From positions 2,728,001-2,792,000 of the forward strand of contig CATNEN010000032.1 in the NCBI GenBank assembly GCA_950097015.1: a DNA stretch of 64,000 nt, given 5' to 3'. Position numbers and translations under genes: made by a program. Under the pieces are notes generated by a model. The model saw only the letters and a list, made by a program, of their open reading frames with translations, did not search any database and was not told where the DNA came from. Positions 59,931 to 64,000 of the stretch are shown one piece after another (position 1 is the first letter of the stretch; every line of letters begins with the position of its first letter). This DNA is from Macrostomum hystrix. Lineage: Eukaryota; Animalia; Platyhelminthes.

Positions 59931-60526
59931 TCGAATTGAATACAGCAGCTTCAACCCTGAGGGTCACCAATCTGGTTGGCGGAGTGGATCTAAGACTGAC
60001 TGGAGGCAGGGGCGCCCAGCTTCCTTTAAGGGAGCTGGCTCTCAGCATGGCTAATGTGATCTACCGGCCCGTTTGGCCCCGAGTGCTCATCAAGCAGATG
60101 CGTCAACCCAGAGTCACCCTGCTGCTCTACCCAACTGGTCAACTGAGCATCTGCGGCGCAAAGTGCTACTCCGACTCAGTCAGAGCTGCCCATCGCTTCG
60201 TGGCTATGCTACATCGCCGAGTGCCGGCTCAACTGCTGCCTCGTCAAGCTGTCTGCTTGAGAATCAAGACTATCACTGCGCATGGCAAACTTAATTTTAG
60301 CAATGCACTTCCCTTGGCGAATCTTGTTGATGCATTGCCGAACGCTGAATATGAACCCGAAACTTTTACTGCTTTAATATGTAAACTCCGTAATTGTAAA
60401 TGTTTGCTATTTCACAATGGCTCATTTGTACTCAGTGGTGCAAAGTCAATGAATGTGCTGGAGGAGGACTTATCTCATTTGCTCAACCTTCTCTCTGCGA
60501 ATTCGTTGTTTTTTCAAAATAAATAA
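59864..60526 (+). CDS. Divergent TATA-binding-protein (TBP/TRF)-like protein
   Basis: Two TBP repeats: TNLVG.VDL...NVIYRP..VLIKQMRQPRVTLLLYPTGQLSICGAK and YEPETFTALICKL..KCLLFHNGSFVLSGAK. N-terminal polyAla. Confidence 0.85.
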
Positions 60527-61211
60527 ATCGAAAGCGTGTTCCAAGAATCTAGCAAATTTTCATGCCGATTGAAATGTTGTTGAACAAAATCAGTGCGTCA
60601 GATATATTTTCTTTCATCGTTGAATTTTATTTTGTAAAAAGTATTTCGATTCTTTAAATTTAATCGCAGACGTGTTGCGAACCGTAAAATAAAAATATCG
60701 TTCGAAACCGCGACAAGCAACAAACCAGAAACCCACAGTTACGAATGGTAAAATGTTAAAAAGGGGCAGAATAGAGAAACTAGAAAGCAAAACCTACGCA
60801 AACACGACACAACTACAGCAAGCAAGCATATGATCACCTCCACCACAATTATACGAAGTACACATCGCACATGAAAAAGTAAAATATTTTTATAGTTCAT
60901 TTAAGTTTTGAAACATTTTCAAAACAGTGAATAATTTAACTCAGATTTTCATTCCTTTAGCATTAGCTTTAGTTCCTTTAGTCAATCCGTCAGTCAATTA
61001 GTCGATTTAGTCAATATTAACGTAGAAAGTTTCGAATGGATTGTCTGCTTTAAACCTAAAGAGCTTTTTGTTTTCTAGATAACTAGGCTAAATTTCTAAG
61101 TGATTTTTTAGTTCTGATTTAATCGAAAATTAGTTTTGCCAATCGTTTTTTAACATGCAGAATTAGCAGAAATTAAAATTACTGGATTTCTGTCAAATAA
61201 TCAACGCGTGA

Positions 61212-64000
61212 TTAATCCTCATCATGATGGCGTGAACTGGCTAGGCGCCGCTTGCGTTTGGTGATACCATTTTGATGTTGCTGCTGCTGTAGAAGTCGGA
61301 AGTGTCCGAACGGGAGACTGCAGTTCGGTCCTAGCCAGGCACGCTTGTCCTCCCAAATGCTAAGCGCACACTTCCTTTGTTGCAGAGTGAAGAGTCTGTG
61401 TCGTATGCTGGCAATACGCTGAACAACGACAGAGAGGCTGCAGAGCTCTTTGAAGACCTTCAAGTAGTCGCTATGAGCAATCTCCCTCTTGACAACACAT
61501 CCCTGAATACCTTTAGCTCTTTTCTTCTCGGCTGATTCATCGCTTGCCCTAAACGAGTAAAGCTTCGGTCTCAGGAGCAGCCACTCCAGATAGTAAGCTC
61601 CTGCTGCTTCATCCTTGATGCAACCCAGACGAGCCTTTAATTCGTTCGAGAACAGTGCATGCTGGGGTGGATAGTTTGAGGTATCTAATAACCGCTTCGA
61701 CTTGAGCAGAGGCAGAACTCCAGACTGAACGCTCATGTTGCTGATTGAAAGAAAGAAAGAGTCGGTATCTCCACCACAGAGTCTCACACTAGCTCCTTCC
61801 TGCTCAATCCATGGCTTGAGCTTGTCGTAGAAAAGTTCATACATGATCATCTTCGAATAGTCCAGAACGCACTGTCCAATGAAGATTGGTCGGTCAAGTT
61901 TAATCTTGGTCTTCTGCAACTCCATAATGCTAAGCGAGCCGGTAATAATGTTGAAACTTGTCACTGACGGCTTCGAGGCGAGCACCTTCGCCTTTGCAAC
62001 ATCGGTGCAAATTCTAATGTCGCGTCTCTTACGCACATTTTCCATTGTCTTGCCAAACAATGCGTTGTTTTTCAGCTTGTAAAAATCTTTTTCAAAGCTG
62101 TTTGATGCAGCAGCTCGCTTTGCACTATTTTTCTCGACATACGAAGCAAAGACGGGCTCTTGTCGGAACTCAATCATGCGATTGATACACTTTATTCGCA
62201 TTCCATGTCGTAAGTAAAATGCCAGTATGGAAGAATGAAGTATATAGGACTTCTTGTCATGGCAGGTGAGCATTAGCTTCTCTGTTGGATGGTAGGCAGA
62301 GTCCTCTTTACCAAATTGCTTCCACAGCTGCTTCATGTATTCAGGAAACTCGCTGAAACTCGGCGCCATCTTTTCTGGCGCAAATGGTAAATCTTCTGTG
62401 CTGGTATGAATCTCTATCGGGTACAGAAGGTCAGCATCGATAAGGTAGGCAACAGAATCTGTCGTTTGCAGTCCTTGAATACGATCATCTGTCCATAGGA
62501 GCAACTCTTCTTCGTCTAGCCAGCGGAAGTCTCCAACTGGCAAATGCATCGTGAGAGCTTGTCCATAGAGGTTGTTGGCGTCTACTGCGAGGAGCTCAGT
62601 GCGATCAGCTGGTGGAGTTGTCAGGTCTGTCTCACTCTCATCATCATCGCACTGAGAGCTTACATTACGTGGGCTTGCCAACACTCGGTGAACGTTCACA
62701 AAAGTTATGCCTCCTCGAATTCCACACTCAAACATTGAATACATTTGCAGATCTGTTAAAAGTTCGATTGGAGACCTGATGGACTTTAGCGCAGAAGCAA
62801 AAGATAGTCCTGGAGTTGTAATGAAATGAACAGGATCAAGACCATCCTCTCGAAGACTGAGCTTCCGAAAATTTTCAAACACATCTGCAAGCTGTCTAAT
62901 GTCCAACTCAAGGTAGCGCAGCATGTAGTCCTTCAAATTGGTCACCTGAAATTCATGCCAGGCTCGCTGTGCATGCTCATAATCCGAGTCGCTGCAGTGA
63001 CTCTTCGTAAGAAGATTATAAAAGTTTTCTTTGCTGGGAAGTACCATGTCATTGAGCACATCGATCTTCGTCAGATAATCATACGGAAAGATGCCTTTGT
63101 TGAACAACACTTCCGATGACAGACTCGGATACGAGTTTTTAAGCCGAGCCGTGATTGGGCATTCTTCTTCTGGCAAATTCTTGATCAGCTGTGCCAGGCT
63201 GGCATTCAGGAACTGATTGGAATCGATGAATTGAATAGTGAAATAGAGCGGCTTGATCTTGCCCTCACTCTCATATTCATCGATTTTGAATTCAATCTTA
63301 ATAGCGAGAAACTGCTCAGGATTCTGCGGTATGACTGAAATTCTCCATCCTTCCATGAGACCCAACGCTGTTGACAACATCAGATGAATGTCATACCCTT
63401 TTAAGTTGTGCATGATGATGGGTAGAAAGCGTCTCTTTAGTCTCGCTTGCATGTTGCAGGGTGGGCAAGCGGCTCCTCGGAATATACCACTCAGGTGATC
63501 ATGATCCCAGTGTTTCTGGGACTCGTTCTGAAACTGGCTTCCACAGTGGCAGCAGGCTACGGCTTCTCGAAACAGCTTTTTAGCTGCATCAGTCTTTATG
63601 GCTGCCTGCCTACTGAACTCCGTGTTCCAGCCGTAGACTTCTCGAGCGAGCTGCTCCAGTGACTGCAGGAACTCGGCAATGCACTTGTTGGGATCATCGC
63701 TAACAAAAGTGCTCACTTTGTCATCAGCTCCCCGAGGTGCTAATCCTGTCATGCCTTCTCTGTGCACCACAATGTAGCCCGCGGCAACGGCAACATGCTC
63801 AGTGACCTTCTTCGTAGATGAACCTGCTGGTAGATCGTCTTGACATGGTACATTCAGTGCTTCAAAGTCGGCATAAACAACGAATGGTGGACTGATTGTT
63901 TTTTCCCATGACGAAAATTGCAAAAAAATGTGATTTACATCTGGCAACTCTTCCTTTACGTTGATCACTCCAGGTTGACAAGGAGCTCGACAGTGCTCTT
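61212..64000 (-). CDS. Protein-primed family B DNA polymerase with an endonuclease VII-like insertion; 5' end outside the window
   Basis: Exonuclease motifs YADFE, HNLKGYD, YLELD; CCHC...DHDHLSGIFRGAACPPCN; polymerase motifs DANNLYG, KLKNNALFGK, DTDS, RPKLY, AKGI. The frame stays open to the window edge. Confidence 0.96.
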   Translation of the reverse strand, partial: EHCRAPCQPGVINVKEELPDVNHIFLQFSSWEKTISPPFVVYADFEALNVPCQDDLPAGSSTKKVTEHVAVAAGYIVVHREGMTGLAPRGADDKVSTFVSDDPNKCIAEFLQSLEQLAREVYGWNTEFSRQAAIKTDAAKKLFREAVACCHCGSQFQNESQKHWDHDHLSGIFRGAACPPCNMQARLKRRFLPIIMHNLKGYDIHLMLSTALGLMEGWRISVIPQNPEQFLAIKIEFKIDEYESEGKIKPLYFTIQFIDSNQFLNASLAQLIKNLPEEECPITARLKNSYPSLSSEVLFNKGIFPYDYLTKIDVLNDMVLPSKENFYNLLTKSHCSDSDYEHAQRAWHEFQVTNLKDYMLRYLELDIRQLADVFENFRKLSLREDGLDPVHFITTPGLSFASALKSIRSPIELLTDLQMYSMFECGIRGGITFVNVHRVLASPRNVSSQCDDDESETDLTTPPADRTELLAVDANNLYGQALTMHLPVGDFRWLDEEELLLWTDDRIQGLQTTDSVAYLIDADLLYPIEIHTSTEDLPFAPEKMAPSFSEFPEYMKQLWKQFGKEDSAYHPTEKLMLTCHDKKSYILHSSILAFYLRHGMRIKCINRMIEFRQEPVFASYVEKNSAKRAAASNSFEKDFYKLKNNALFGKTMENVRKRRDIRICTDVAKAKVLASKPSVTSFNIITGSLSIMELQKTKIKLDRPIFIGQCVLDYSKMIMYELFYDKLKPWIEQEGASVRLCGGDTDSFFLSISNMSVQSGVLPLLKSKRLLDTSNYPPQHALFSNELKARLGCIKDEAAGAYYLEWLLLRPKLYSFRASDESAEKKRAKGIQGCVVKREIAHSDYLKVFKELCSLSVVVQRIASIRHRLFTLQQRKCALSIWEDKRAWLGPNCSLPFGHFRLLQQQQHQNGITKRKRRLASSRHHDED

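Larger units (their letters stand above)
52263..64000. mobile_element. Polinton/Maverick (adintovirus-like) element; left end present, right end beyond the window
   Basis: AGTAGT start followed by subterminal repeats; intronless integrase, minor and major capsid, protease, ATPase and convergent pPolB. No stop codons in the core ORFs. Confidence 0.95.

Overview
This is eukaryotic (animal) genomic DNA with GC-rich spliceosomal exons and AT-rich, minisatellite-filled introns. That style suggests a Macrostomum-like flatworm, which is an inference only. Left part (1-37 kb), host genes: divergent ATE1-like arginyltransferase; a secreted Cys-rich prepropeptide; a same-strand cluster POLRMT > CTU1 > RPL15; a basigin-like Ig membrane protein; a DUF4062-NACHT gene ending in a PHF5-like zinc knot; and a PAN/apple-fibrinogen lectin with an inverted pseudogene copy. 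Middle part (37-52 kb): an intronless BIR-UBA-RING IAP within a field of TE remnants (tRNA-SINEs, LINE fragments, foldback element). Right part (about 52,263 to the window edge): an apparently intact Polinton/Maverick (adintovirus-like) element. It carries integrase, minor and major capsid, a basic core protein, adenain protease, packaging ATPase and protein-primed PolB, plus two basal-transcription-factor homologues (a tandem PC4-like protein and a divergent TBP). Best leads: the TBP+PC4-bearing Polinton, a mitochondrial-type RNA polymerase lacking its specificity loop, the NACHT-PHF5 fusion, and possible spliced-leader-supplied start codons. All family calls come from motif recognition by eye; no database searches were run.
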